From Octopus sinensis (Eukaryota), in assembly GCF_006345805.1 (NCBI RefSeq), contig NC_043013.1, forward strand, positions 4,216,001 to 4,280,000: a stretch of DNA of 64,000 nucleotides, given 5' to 3'. Below the pieces are notes generated by a model that made no database searches, was not told the origin of the DNA, and saw only the letters and a program-made list of their open reading frames with translations. The translations under genes and the position numbers were made by a program. Positions 38,301 to 50,385 of the stretch are shown in pieces (position 1 is the stretch's first letter; each line of letters opens with the position of its first letter).

Positions 38301-38863
38301 CTACATAATGCGATGATAGTGGCGGAGCTATGATATTATAGTGATGGTATTGTGGTGGTGGTGGTGGCGGCGGCTGTGGTGGTAGTGGTAGCGGTGGTGA
38401 TGATGTTAGTAGCATTGTTGATGGTCATGTTATGATGTTTATTACCAGTAAAGAAAGAAGTGGATAAAAACGTTCCGTCTGCTGAGAATTGCATGGGATA
38501 GTTAGCCATGCCATACTAGACAATACCATTTAGAGTCTCTAAAGAAAGACTTGAAGTGTCACACTTTCTCATCGTTCGGCATTGTAGGTTCAGAGCAGGA
38601 TGACCACCTCAGTTAATAGATAAGAACAATCAACATTGTTATGTGTGTGTATAATGTGTATATGTATATGCTGGTATAAGCAAATGTGAATGTGATTCTC
38701 TTGTCTACATAGCTACATTTAATTCCGTCAAACATACATACATACGTACGTACATACATACATACATACATACACACACATTTATATTATATATATATCG
38801 TATACAGATGTTCTTATATCCATACGTTATATTTACATGTATATATATGTATGTAAGTGTATG

Positions 38864-38923
<60 letters not shown>

Positions 38924-39104
38924 GTATGTACATGTATATACATGTATGTATATATGTATGTATTATATATATGTATTTGTATGTATATTTGAATGTGTAT
39001 ATATATATATATATATATAATATATATATATATATATGTATATGTAAGTATATTTATATGTGTGTATATATATTGTATATATATGTATATATATATATTG
39101 TATA

Positions 39105-39171
<67 letters not shown>

Positions 39172-39749
39172 TACATATGTGTGTGTGTGTGTGTGGACCA
39201 AATTACTAACTCATGACTGGTGTCCACAAACAATAGGTAGGTTCGTTGACCCCTTCTCCAGTTATAAAAGTAGCCCACCATTCCCCGTGCTTGGTCTCCC
39301 CCCACCGCACTCTCATGCCTGCAAGCCTCGCCTGACTGGGCAAAATCTGTGTAATCTCCTAAGATGGAATTAGACTAAGCTTACTCACCTAAACGGTCCA
39401 TCACTGTCAGTAATGAGTGTCGTCTCGCAAAGTTGTTTTTTTTTTGCATTTAACTCACCTACTACCCCACCACATAAACACTCATACACATATACACACC
39501 ACACACACCTGTCTGTATGTATATATGTATGTATATATGTATGTATATGTATACGAATATATATATATATATGTATATACACGTGTCTATATATATATAT
39601 ATATGTATATGCATGTATATATACATATATGTATGTATGTAGGTAGGTATATGCATGTATATACATGTATGTATATATGTAGGTAGGTATGCATGTATGT
39701 ATATAAATATATATATACATATATGCATATATAAATATGTATGTATATA

Positions 39750-39793
<44 letters not shown>

Positions 39794-39799
39794 TATATT

Positions 39800-39962
39800 G
39801 GCGCAGGAGTAGCTGTGTGGTAAGTAGATTGCTTACCAGCCACATGGTTCCGGGTTCAGTCCCACTGCGTGACATCTTGGGCAAGTGTCTGCTACTATAG
39901 CGTCGGACCACCCAAAGCCTTGTGAATGGATTTGGTAGGCGGAAACTGAAAGAAGCTCTTCG

Positions 39963-39994
<32 letters not shown>

Positions 39995-40305
39995 TGTATG
40001 TATGTATGTATGTATGTATGTATGTATGTATGTATGTATGTATGTATGTATGTATGTATGTATGTATGTATGTATGTATGTATGTATGTGTGTATGTATA
40101 TGTTTGTGTGTCTGTGTTTGTCCCCGCATCATCGCATGACAAGCGATGCTGGTGTATCTAAGTCCCCGTTACCTAGCAGTTCGGCAAAAGACACCGATAG
40201 AATAAGTACTATGCTTACAAAGAATAAGTCATAGGATCGATTTGTTCGACTAAAGGCGCTGCTCAAGCATGGCCGTAGTGAAATGATGGAAACAAATACA
40301 AGAAT
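39800..40305 (+). mobile_element. SINE family B, full length with ~120-bp internal (TATG)n
   Basis: Head at 39800, tract at 39965-40085, 3' half to ~40305. Confidence 0.9.
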
Positions 40306-40410
40306 ATGTATATATACGTCATGAGAAACAGTAATGGATGAACACCAACAAGTGGATTGCTAAATCCACACGTTTTTTTTAAATTCTCTCTGTGTTTATT
40401 TTCTCTTATT

Positions 40411-40448
40411 CCTTTCTGTTGAGGAGCGTAGGCTCGAAACGTAAAAGA
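40411..40448 (+). ncRNA. Minimal hammerhead-like motif, variant core CUGUUGA
   Basis: CCUUU-CUGUUGA-G-GAGC(GUAG)GCUC-GAAA-CG-UA-AAAGA. Confidence 0.6.
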
Positions 40449-40559
40449 CTTCCTCATTTTCCCGAGCGTCAAGATAAAGGTAATTAAAATGAAAATAAGC
40501 AACAAGGATATCCAGAGGTATATCCTTTTGATTTCCTTGTTGTTTATTTTGATTATTAT

Positions 40560-40755
40560 ATATGTGCTTGTCACCCACTATCGCTTGACAACCGATGTTG
40601 GTGTGTTTACATCCCCGTATCGTAGCGGTTCGGCAAAACAAGCCGATAAAATAAATACTGGGCTTAGAAAGAATAAGTCCTGGGATCGATTTGTTTGGCT
40701 AAAACCCCTTAAGGTTGTGCTCCTGCATGGCCGCAGTCAAACGACTGAAACACGT
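40560..40755 (+). mobile_element. SINE family B, 3' half
   Basis: CGCTTGACAACCGATGTTGG...TAGCGGTTCGGCAAAA...GCATGGCCGCAGTC. Confidence 0.8.
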
Positions 40756-40903
40756 TATAGGGTAAAAACTAATTTGATATAATATATATATATATATAAT
40801 ATAGATATATATATATATAGATATAATCTAATAATATATTATATATATATATATATGTATATACACACATATATATATATATGATATGTGTGTATCTAAT
40901 GTT

Positions 40904-40936
<33 letters not shown>

Positions 40937-40976
40937 ATATAATAATAATAATAATAATATAATAATAATAATAATA

Positions 40977-41018
<42 letters not shown>

Positions 41019-41661
41019 TATTATTATTATATATCATTGTCATTTACTTTTAATCTGCATGTTTGATGCAATCACCTGCCGGGGCACACCCAGCGCCATA
41101 GGCAAGTGAAGGTTAAGATTTGTTGAAATATAGCTGAAAGCTTGGGGAGGGGAAGTAGAGATATATCTCCATGTAATGCAAACACAGACATTTACATTGA
41201 TAGGGTTTTTCTAAGGATGTGGGCAGTACTTGTTAGCACAATCTTTTGGATTTCCTTGAGATGGTTTTCCAGGGATATTGTCTAGGTGTTTCTGACATCC
41301 CTTTTTTATCATACCTAGGGCACCTACAATAACAGGAACAGTTTTTGTTTTAAGATTCCACATCCTCTGTATTTCGATTTCCAGGTCCTTATATTTACTA
41401 AGTTTGTCAAATTCCTTTACAGATACATTTTTATCAGTGGGGACGCTTACTTCTATTAGTCTGCAGGTTTTTTCTTCCCTGTCTTTAACAATTATGTCTG
41501 GTCGATTAGCCTTGATCGTTCTGTCAGTGTTGACTGGAAAATCCCAGAGGATGGTGACATCTTTACCATCAACAACTGGCTGAGGATGGTGTTCATACCA
41601 GTTAGCAGGAGTGTCGGATTTGTAGTGTTTACATATCTTCCAATGTATATACTGTCCTACC

Positions 41662-42285
41662 CTATCGTGGCGATTTTGTGTATTCGTTTGGTGTCAGCAC
41701 AGGACATCCCGAAACGAGATGGTCTATCGTTTCGTCAAATGTGTCGCAGAATCTGCATTTAGGGTCAGTACCGTTTCGGAGAACGTTAGCCTGGTAATTT
41801 CTGGTAAACAAGCTTTGATCTTGTGCTGCCATTATGAAACCTTCAGTCTCTGCTTTCAATCCAGAGCTCTTCAGCCACTGATGGGTTGTTGCTTGGTCTA
41901 CATCAGCATTTTGGCTTCGGAGAATATATTGTCCATGCAGGGGCTTCTGGCTCCACCGCCTCTCAATTTGATTCTGCCCGCTCTTTTTTGCAGTCTGCTT
42001 GATTCGCTTTGCTTGCTTGGTAGCAGTGGTTTCCGGCTCTTCATCTGATTCAAGGTTAATGTCTAGTTCCCTTTCGAACTTATAAGCTTCCTTGACAATA
42101 GAATGCAGCTTTTTGTTGCTTTCGTGTTCGCACACAAGTCGCAGCATCCAGTCCTTTGTACTAGATAGGTACCTGTTCATTCCTACAGTAGAGGTCTTAT
42201 AGCACAGCTCTAATTGCATCATTCCTCTCCCCCCGCTGCTTCTAGGTAGGTACAAGCGGTCTACATCTGCCTTAGGGTGGTGCAT
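41662..42285 (-). pseudogene. Dong ORF fragment: thumb/linker and CCHC zinc knuckle
   Basis: HPKADVDRLYLPRSSGGRG...CRFCDTFDETIDHLVSGC. Confidence 0.9.
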
Positions 42286-42724
42286 GCTCTTGGATGTCAG
42301 TAACTTTCTTGTCTTCCTGTCTAAGCGTTGGAGTTCCGTAAGGTTCCAGTTAATGATATTAAAACTGTACTGGACTACTGGAAGTGCCAGGGTGTTAATG
42401 GCCTCAATGCAATTTTTGGAGTTGAGTTCAGTCTTCAGTACAAGCCTTATTCTCCTATAGTATTCCTTTCTTATTTTTTCCTCATAGTATCATGATGTAT
42501 ACCATCTCCTTCGTTGATTCCTAGGTATTTGTAACTTTCCTGTGGGTCAAGTTCCTTGATGGTAGTGTCAATATCTAATTTAACAGAAGCTGTTTGCCTG
42601 AGCTTGCCTCTTACAAAAGTTGCTTTAGCACCTTATAAGGCAAAATCCATTCCGATATCATTGCTAAACTCTTTAACAGTTGTTAGCAGCCCTTCTAGCT
42701 CTTGGTCATTCCTGGCAAACAGCT

Positions 42725-43444
42725 TTAGGTCGTCCATATAGAAAAGATGGTTATTAACTTACTAAAAACTTTGTACCCATATCTGGTACTATCCAATTCG
42801 TTTGAGAGTGGGATCAGTGCCATGCAAAAAAGTAATGGAGAGAGGGAGTCACCTTGAAAGATGCCTCGTTTGATGTTGATGCTGTTGGACTGGCTCATCC
42901 CATTACTATGGCTTAGAAAGAGACGTGTGTTCCACATGGTCATGCTATTCTCTAAGAATTTTGAGACGACAGGAGAGATCTTGTATATCTCAAGGGCCTT
43001 GAGTATCCATTTATGTGGGACACTGTCATACGCTTTCCTGTAGTCTATCCATGCCATACTCAGGTTTTTGTTTTTGCTCCGGCAATTCTCTACAATCATT
43101 CTGTTTATGAGCAATTGGTCTTTGCACCCATAAGAGTTTCTTTTACAACCTTTTTGAGCTTGTGGAAGGATAGAATTTTGTTCAAGGAAAGCGTACATTC
43201 TCTCCGTTATTATGGATGTGAGGATTTTGTAGGTGGTGTTGAGACATGTTATTGGCCGGTAATTCTTTGGGTTTTTTGTGTCTTCGGTTTTAGGTAATAG
43301 GTAGGTGGTTCCTTCAGTCAGCCAAGCAGGTATTTGCTCTGGGTTCTGAATGACATCAGACAGAGATGCAGCGAGATGTTCGTGTACCTCTGTCAAACAA
43401 TCCAGCCAGAAGTTAGGATCCGATCCAGTCCTGGGGTTTTCCAT
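42725..43444 (-). pseudogene. Dong ORF fragment: RT domains 0-4
   Basis: ORF-track protein 42725..43444; frameshift just before YMDD and a stop shortly after it. Confidence 0.9.
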
Positions 43445-43465
43445 TTATGAGCCTTCCTAAGGACA

Positions 43466-43552
<87 letters not shown>

Positions 43553-44089
43553 TATTATTATGGCTGCCAAATTGTGAAGTCACGGAAATTTTGTGCTCCC
43601 TAAGTTGAAAAAGTGTTTGTAATCCTTTCGGCCTTCTAAGCTCTCGTGATTTCATTTTTATTGTCACCATTGCATGTTTGTGATTGTCTGGACTGCGCAG
43701 ATAGTGTTTTTGTGCGGAATCAAAACCATGTTTTGCTGGGTGCGCACTTCAATTATTTTTGAATTTTAACTGAATTTCGGCAAAAGCAAATATTTTGCAA
43801 TTTACTGTAATTATTTAAAGATGACTGATAAAGAAGCCATCATAATGGACCACACACCTTGTCGGAAAAACAAAGGAACGCACACCTTGTCGGAAAAAAC
43901 TGAGAACGAGGAAAGAATTGAGAATATGAATATCGAATGGCCTAAATTTAATGACGTCACCGAAGCGAAAAATGTTTCGTCGCTAAGCGACAACAAAGAC
44001 TTTCGGTGTGGACAACGAGAACAACAACAGCAGCAGCAGTGACAACAACAACAACAGAAATTATCGCAGCAACAATAATACGAACGAAA

Positions 44090-44587
44090 TCTATATATAT
44101 AAAACTGTAGTTGTGTGAGTGTCTGTCTCCTACGATTTAGATTCCTAACTCCTCCCACATTTTGCGATGCAGTTTAACCAAATTCGGGTATCTTATAGTC
44201 GTGATTAATATCGAGCCCGTCTGGCTATTAGCGCGCGTCTACGATGAGTCTACGATTTTAAAAATAATTTAACATAATTTTTTATTCCATTTTAATGCAT
44301 AATTTTTCGTGTGTCGATGGCGGCGGAGTTGGCGTCCACGCTCAAACACCTGCACCTGTGTTTGCTTCTCCCCCTTCTTCCCTCCCTCGTGAAGCTGTGG
44401 GGAAGGAAGTTTAAGGAAATCAACGTCGTAATGCGTTGTCAAGGAGACCAGCGTTCTTTTAGAACAACGACTTCATGGCTTGAAGACACCAAAACAGAAA
44501 TGGCATCTATAAAGGAAGTAACTCTCTAAAAATGCTTATATAGTTATTTCCCTTACAAACCCGAGCAACGCCGGGCGATACTGCTAG
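44090..44587 (+). mobile_element. Complete non-autonomous Helitron, 498 bp
   Basis: A|TCTATATATATAAAA start, subterminal hairpin CCCGAGCAACGCCGGG (44560-44575), CTAG|T end, no TSD. Confidence 0.85.
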
Positions 44588-45009
44588 TAAAATATAAAAA
44601 CGCAAATATTGCCTCTGCATCTTTTGCGCCTGTGGTGGAAAAATATGGAAATTTTCCACATAGATGGAGCGTATCCCGTTTTTTTTTCTTGTGGAAGGGA
44701 GCGGTTCCAATGGTCAGGTGGTCGGTCTGCTGCCAACTTCTTTTGCATGGCAGCTTAGGCATGCCATGGCATTTAATAGCTTTTAATGTGCAGAGACACA
44801 CGCAGATAGCGCCACCTCCAGCGATTTCTAGAAAGTGAACGTGTGTTGACTCCGTTTGTGAGACGCCTTTCCACAGCTCGGCTTTTTGACGGAGTTGCTG
44901 TCCTGGGTGAAAGATAGGCCGAGACCGGGCGCTTGGCACTTAGAATGTCGTCAGGCGCTCACTGACCTCTACACGTTGGGAAACAGGATCGGTTGATGTT
45001 CCACTTTAT

Positions 45010-45930
45010 ATATTTATAGAGGATTAGTAGCGGGGATGTGCAATGACATCCTCGGTGAGACCCTAGGCATCGATGAAGACGAACTGGCAAGTCTATTCCG
45101 GAGGACTTTCCGGTCGGGGACTGTTATGGATAATTTCCAGATGTCTTTGGCCTGGCAGTACTACCATAGGGTGCTTCCGGTTCGAGATAAACTCTACAGG
45201 CACGGACGTGCTGCCAGATGGGCCTGTCTGAGGTGCTCGTAGAGTGACGAAACGGTTCTGCATGCACTCGTTCAGTGTCCGCTCATTGCTCACTTATGCA
45301 GTTATGTCGAAGGGCTGCTGTCGCGTGTTGGACAGATCCGTCGGTTATCCGAGTCCATAATAATGATTGCCCCGTCGACCTCTTTTAATCGGGCTGGCAA
45401 GGCAGTTTTCCTTTGTCTGGTAGCTATGGCGAAAGAGGTTATCTGGTGGACGAGGTTGAAAAGAATGAGTACAGAAACATCCCTCTTTTGTAAAGACCTC
45501 ATCGACATTTTCAAGTCTCACTTGAAAAGGAAAGTGAGGGAGGTGCTGTGCTCGAGTGAATTTATCAAAAGGTAGGTGGAAGTTGCAAACATGGCAAGAG
45601 TGGATGATACCACTCTCAGTGTAGACTATGAGCCGGAAGAAAGAAATTGGAGAGGGCTCTCTTCCTTGGTATCCAGGGTGATCTTGGATGGCGGGTTTCC
45701 TTGATTATCCATAGAGGACCTCCTGTATCAGGGGACTCCATCACTATCACTTTTCTCCTTCTTCTTCTAGTGTCGTATACTATGTATACTTACCTTCTTC
45801 TGATGTACGCCGTGTATACTTTTTATTTTATTAATCCATTATATGTAAGCCCTCAACACTTTCTCTCTGACTTTGTATTGAACGCATTATCTTTCGCCCT
45901 GGTGGTAAATACAAGAAATCATTAGTATTA
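45010..45930 (+). mobile_element. L1/Tx1-clade LINE 3' portion (zf-RVT domain and 3' UTR)
   Basis: LAWQYYHRVLPVRDKL...CLRCS*SDETVLHALVQCP...MAKEVIWWTR; 3' UTR ends GCCCTGGTGGTAAATACAAGAAATC before an ATT-rich tail. Confidence 0.8.
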
Positions 45931-45954
45931 TTATTGTTGCTGTTGTTATTATTA

Positions 45955-46035
45955 TTTTTTTTTCTTCTTTCAAATTTGCTTCCATTTCTTGCTGAGCGTC
46001 TTCCCGACTCCTAGGGTAAAGAAACTCATAGTATA

Positions 46036-46101
<66 letters not shown>

Positions 46102-46710
46102 CAGCAGCAGCAGCAGCAGCATTTTAACTACAACATTATTATCAAGATTGAGTGAGAGAGCAGCGCATACCATCAAAAATGACACTGAGGGTACAAATAT
46201 ATGTAGCCCAATATACGCATCATAACTATCCATCTGATAAGGGTACACCAGGGACGTGCATCACAATCATATGTGCGCGACAGGGTGATCTCATATCAAG
46301 ATGAACATCGCATGACTTTTCAGGTGGGGTCCAGTTAGAGTTTTCTTCAGGTCGAGTAGCTCATCTTGCTCAAATAGTACTTGAATAAAAGTTGTTTAAG
46401 GATGTTGAACGAAACACCGATGTTTCCAAAGGAGAATTATCCAAATCCTAAAGAATTCTTCTCAACACATGGCTACGACATCCCCTACTACTTCTGCACG
46501 TGATCAGAGATGCGAATATCGTCAACCACTAAGGGAAATTTTCAACTGGTTACAGTCAAACAACTGACAAGCAAATCTGTGGTATGGAGCAGAATATTTG
46601 CTGTAGCCCATCTTTTACACCAAGACAAAACGATGTACATGATAATCCTTCCAATCAGTTAAGATGAGAAGCTATGAGAGCCACTGCCTGGTACTGCATA
46701 AGGGCATTTA
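45955..46710 (-). repeat. Unclassified non-coding dispersed repeat: body, (TAA)n, then a short terminal segment
   Basis: Body 46150-46710 shares its end with 1-125; TAA tract 46036-46100; 70-bp segment 45955-46025 ending in an A/TAA tail. Confidence 0.55.
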
Positions 46711-46770
46711 TCCACCTCCTCCACGTCCTCGTCCTCGTCCTCGTCCTCCTCCTCATCATCATCGTCATCG

Positions 46771-46825
<55 letters not shown>

Positions 46826-46904
46826 TTGAAACAGTCTGATTCAATTCCGTAGGACTTCAAGTATCGCAGTCCTCTATCAACGGCAATCTCTTTCACTCTT
46901 TGGA

Positions 46905-47015
46905 TTGTATGTATGTATGTATGTATGTATGTATGTATGTATGTATGTATGTATGTATGTATGCATGTATGTATGCATGCATGTATGTATGTATGTATGT
47001 ATGTATGTATGTATG

Positions 47016-47045
<30 letters not shown>
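46905..47045. repeat. (TATG)n microsatellite
   Basis: Direct reading. Confidence 0.95.
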
Positions 47046-47046
<1 letters not shown>

Positions 47047-47279
47047 TTTGGACTTAAACGACATGCAAAGATACATGAAGCCCAGTAACAACAACAGCCG
47101 GCTATTACCGGTAAAGGTTTTAGCTGCCAATTCTGTACAAGACATTGTAGATCTTTAGCCGTGCTAAAAAGTCACATTCGATCACAGCACCAATAAGAGT
47201 TAAGCTTCGTGCAATGGACATACTCGATAACGAGGGGGCAGCCATAATATATGTATGTATGTATGTATGTATATATATA

Positions 47280-47377
<98 letters not shown>

Positions 47378-47396
47378 GCACATACATACGTACATG

Positions 47397-47700
47397 GCAG
47401 TGCATGACTCACTGGTTAGAGTATCGGGCTCAAAATGATGGAGTAGTAAGTTGGATTCCTAGACCAGGCTTATGCAGTGTTCTTCAGCAAAACTGTTTCT
47501 TTGACGTTGCTCCGGTTTACTCAGCTGTAGAAAAGAGTTGTAGCGGCCTTTCCCTTGGACAACAACGGTGGCGTCGAGAGGGGAGGCTGATGTGCATGGG
47601 CGATTTTTGGTCTTCCATAAATTACTTTGCCCGGAATTGTGCTTCGGAGGGGGAATTTTCTAGGTGTAATCTCATTGTCATTGATGACCTAGGGTGTCCT
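47397..47700 (+). mobile_element. tRNA-derived SINE family D
   Basis: Homologous to the reverse complement of 5785-6115. Confidence 0.75.
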
Positions 47701-47943
47701 TCCTTCATGTATATGTGTGTGTGTATGTGCACATGCGTACAAACACACACACACACACATATTCCACTGGCATAGCCACAGCCTTAGGATTGAAACGTAT
47801 AAAATAATAGATGCATGCACACATATAGACATACATGTTTATGTAGGGGAAGAATTCACAAAGAAACAAAAAAACAAAAGACGAAGACAGGTGGTGTAGA
47901 AAGCAAACAGATGTATTAGTTTAACGCTCGGGACAGTAAAAAG

Positions 47944-47981
47944 TCTTTAACGTTTCGAGCCTACGCTCTTCTACAGAAAGG
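47944..47981 (-). ncRNA. Minimal hammerhead-like motif, variant core CUGUAGA
   Basis: CCUUU-CUGUAGA-A-GAGC(GUAG)GCUC-GAAA-CG-UU-AAAGA. Confidence 0.55.
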
Positions 47982-49149
47982 AACACAGAAAGAAACAAGG
48001 AGAGAAAATAAAGAATGTGTAGTAGCTAGTGATCCATCATGGCGAATGTCAGACAGAAGGTTCACACAGGAAAGCTAGGGAGAAGGGGAGATAATAAAGT
48101 AGTGGTAATCCCAAAACGAAAGTGCGCGTGCGTGTGTATAAGAGTGTATGTATGTGCGTGTGGAAGAGGGCTGGTGATCTTGACTTGTGCGTGTCTATGT
48201 GTAGGTGTGTGGATGTAGGACTGGGAAGTGGTCAGTGCTAGTTAGTGCGTAATGGTGTGATGTGATGTGGTGTTGTGTGGTATGGTGGTGTATGGTGCGG
48301 TGGTGTGTGTTGTGGTGTGATGGTGTTGGGAGGTGGGGAGGCGAGATTGAGGAAAGTAAGGGTGGGATGTGGGTTAGGTTGAGGGTGGGGGTAGAGATGG
48401 GGTATGTGAGAGTGGGTGTGAGGGTTGGGGTGAGGTTGGGCGCGATGGCTAAGGAAGGTTGGATTGTGTAGGGATGGGGTGGGGTTACGAGGGAGGGGTG
48501 ACGATGAAGGGGGAAGGGTATGCATTTGTATATATGTTTATGTATGGATATACGTATATATTATACAGAACATTCCTTTCTATTTAGTTTTGACATACAT
48601 AATCAGTGCAACTTTTCTCTAAATGTCGTGAATATGCTTCACTGCAATCCAACAAGGTCGAAACCTATGTCTTACTTCAACCAATCCTTAGGAGACAAGA
48701 GATACTCCTACTGCAATGGTTTTCTCTCCCAAATGTTAAATCAACAGATTTTGCATTTCTTTCTTTTCCTTGGTGCTTTTATATTTTGAACATTCACAAA
48801 AAGGAGTTCTTGCCTCTAAATTATTTCGATCAGTTGAAGTTTCCAGTTTCCGACGTATGTATATTTAGATTTAGACTGGCAGACATATATATATATATAT
48901 ATATATATTACTTTCTTCCTCTTTTATTTTTCTCGCTCTCCCTCTCTTTCTCTACCTCCCACTTTACTTCCTCGTTTATCGCCCCTGCACTTTCCCCTTT
49001 GTCTCTTTGATTTTTTTCTAATCCTTCAACCCAGCTGCCCCTTACCCCTCTTTCCTCGCTCCACGTGACCGGTGTCTGACTAGCCATGATCTTTCTTTCT
49101 TGGCCTCACTGTCGACCACCAACCCCTCTTATGTCTATCTCCTATGTTT

Positions 49150-49383
49150 TTTTTATTTCTTTACTGCCCACAAGGGGCTACTCAGAGGGGACAAATAAGG
49201 ACAGACAAACGGATCATGTCGATTATATCGACCCCAGTGCGTAACTGGTACTTATTTAATCGAACCCGAAAGGATGAAAGGTAAAGTCGACCTCGGCGGA
49301 ATTTGAACTCAGAACGTAGCGGCAGACGAAATATCTCTAAGCATTTCGCCCGGCGTGCTAACCTTTCTGCCAGCTCGCCACCT
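49150..49383 (-). mobile_element. SINE family A, full length, tail type 2
   Basis: Full match; TATCTCCTATGTT at 49136-49148 and 49399-49411 is a candidate TSD. Confidence 0.9.
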
Positions 49384-50080
49384 TATATCTCCTATCTATA
49401 TCTCCTATGTTCCTGCATTTAGGCTTTCATTTCATGCACGCCAGCTCAATTTGATTCGTTCTCAGTCGAAAGACACCTTTTGTTATATTCTTGTTATTTA
49501 TATTTGTAATTGTGTAGCATATCCTCCGTTTTTGTCTTTGTTACCATACACATTCGCTAGCTTACAAAAAATCTAATGCTCTTACCTTAGACTTTTTTGG
49601 GGGCAACTAGATCGAACTGTCGGAAGTGCAACTGCTCGAAACAGTACGGACTTCTGGTAACTTGACTGAGGAAAGAAGACCACGAATGATTCGTCTTTTT
49701 TCCCTGTCCTTCTAATTGTTGTGTCTCCTGTCCGCCTTTGTATCGTCTGTCCGAATGTTTTATTGTCCTCTATTCGGTTTTTCTTCCATTTTTTAAAATA
49801 TTTATATATACATATAGCGGCATACGTACACACTTGTGCTCACCTATACATACACACATACATACATACATACATAATACATACATACATACATACATAA
49901 TACATACATACATACATACATACATACATACATCATACATACATACATACATACATACATACTACATACATACATACATACAACATACATACATACATAC
50001 ATACATCATACATACATACATACATATACATACATATATATACATACATATACATACAAATATATATATGCTTGTGTGTG

Positions 50081-50160
<80 letters not shown>

Positions 50161-50223
50161 GGAGTAAACACATAAATGTGAAACAAGGTGGAAAAAAGAG
50201 TACTCAATACCAGTGGTAGAGTA

Positions 50224-50385
50224 ATATGCTTTATTTTAAGCAGCAGAAAATTCAACAAAATCTGTTACTCTGAGTTTCTCGTTGCCGTTCATCAGACAGT
50301 TTTTGCTAGAAAAAACTGTCTGATGAACGGCAACGAGAACTCAGAGTAACAGATTTTGTTGAATTTTCTGGTGTTTAAAATAAAG

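Larger units (their letters stand above)
41035..43467 (-). mobile_element. R4/Dong-clade RLE LINE, 5'-truncated, within a (TAA)n array
   Basis: RT (YRPITCL, WIDYRKAYDSVPH, GIFQGDSLSPLLF, YMDDLKL), CCHC knuckle, RLE (NRPDIIV..IEVSVP..KYKDL); TTA tracts at 40975-41030 and 43468-43560. Confidence 0.95.

Noticed and set aside
49610-49690. Hammerhead-like GCTC-GAAA-CAG-TA-CGGAC and a similar repeat at 52740-52830
   Set aside because: Core deleted or truncated; cannot fold a complete motif.
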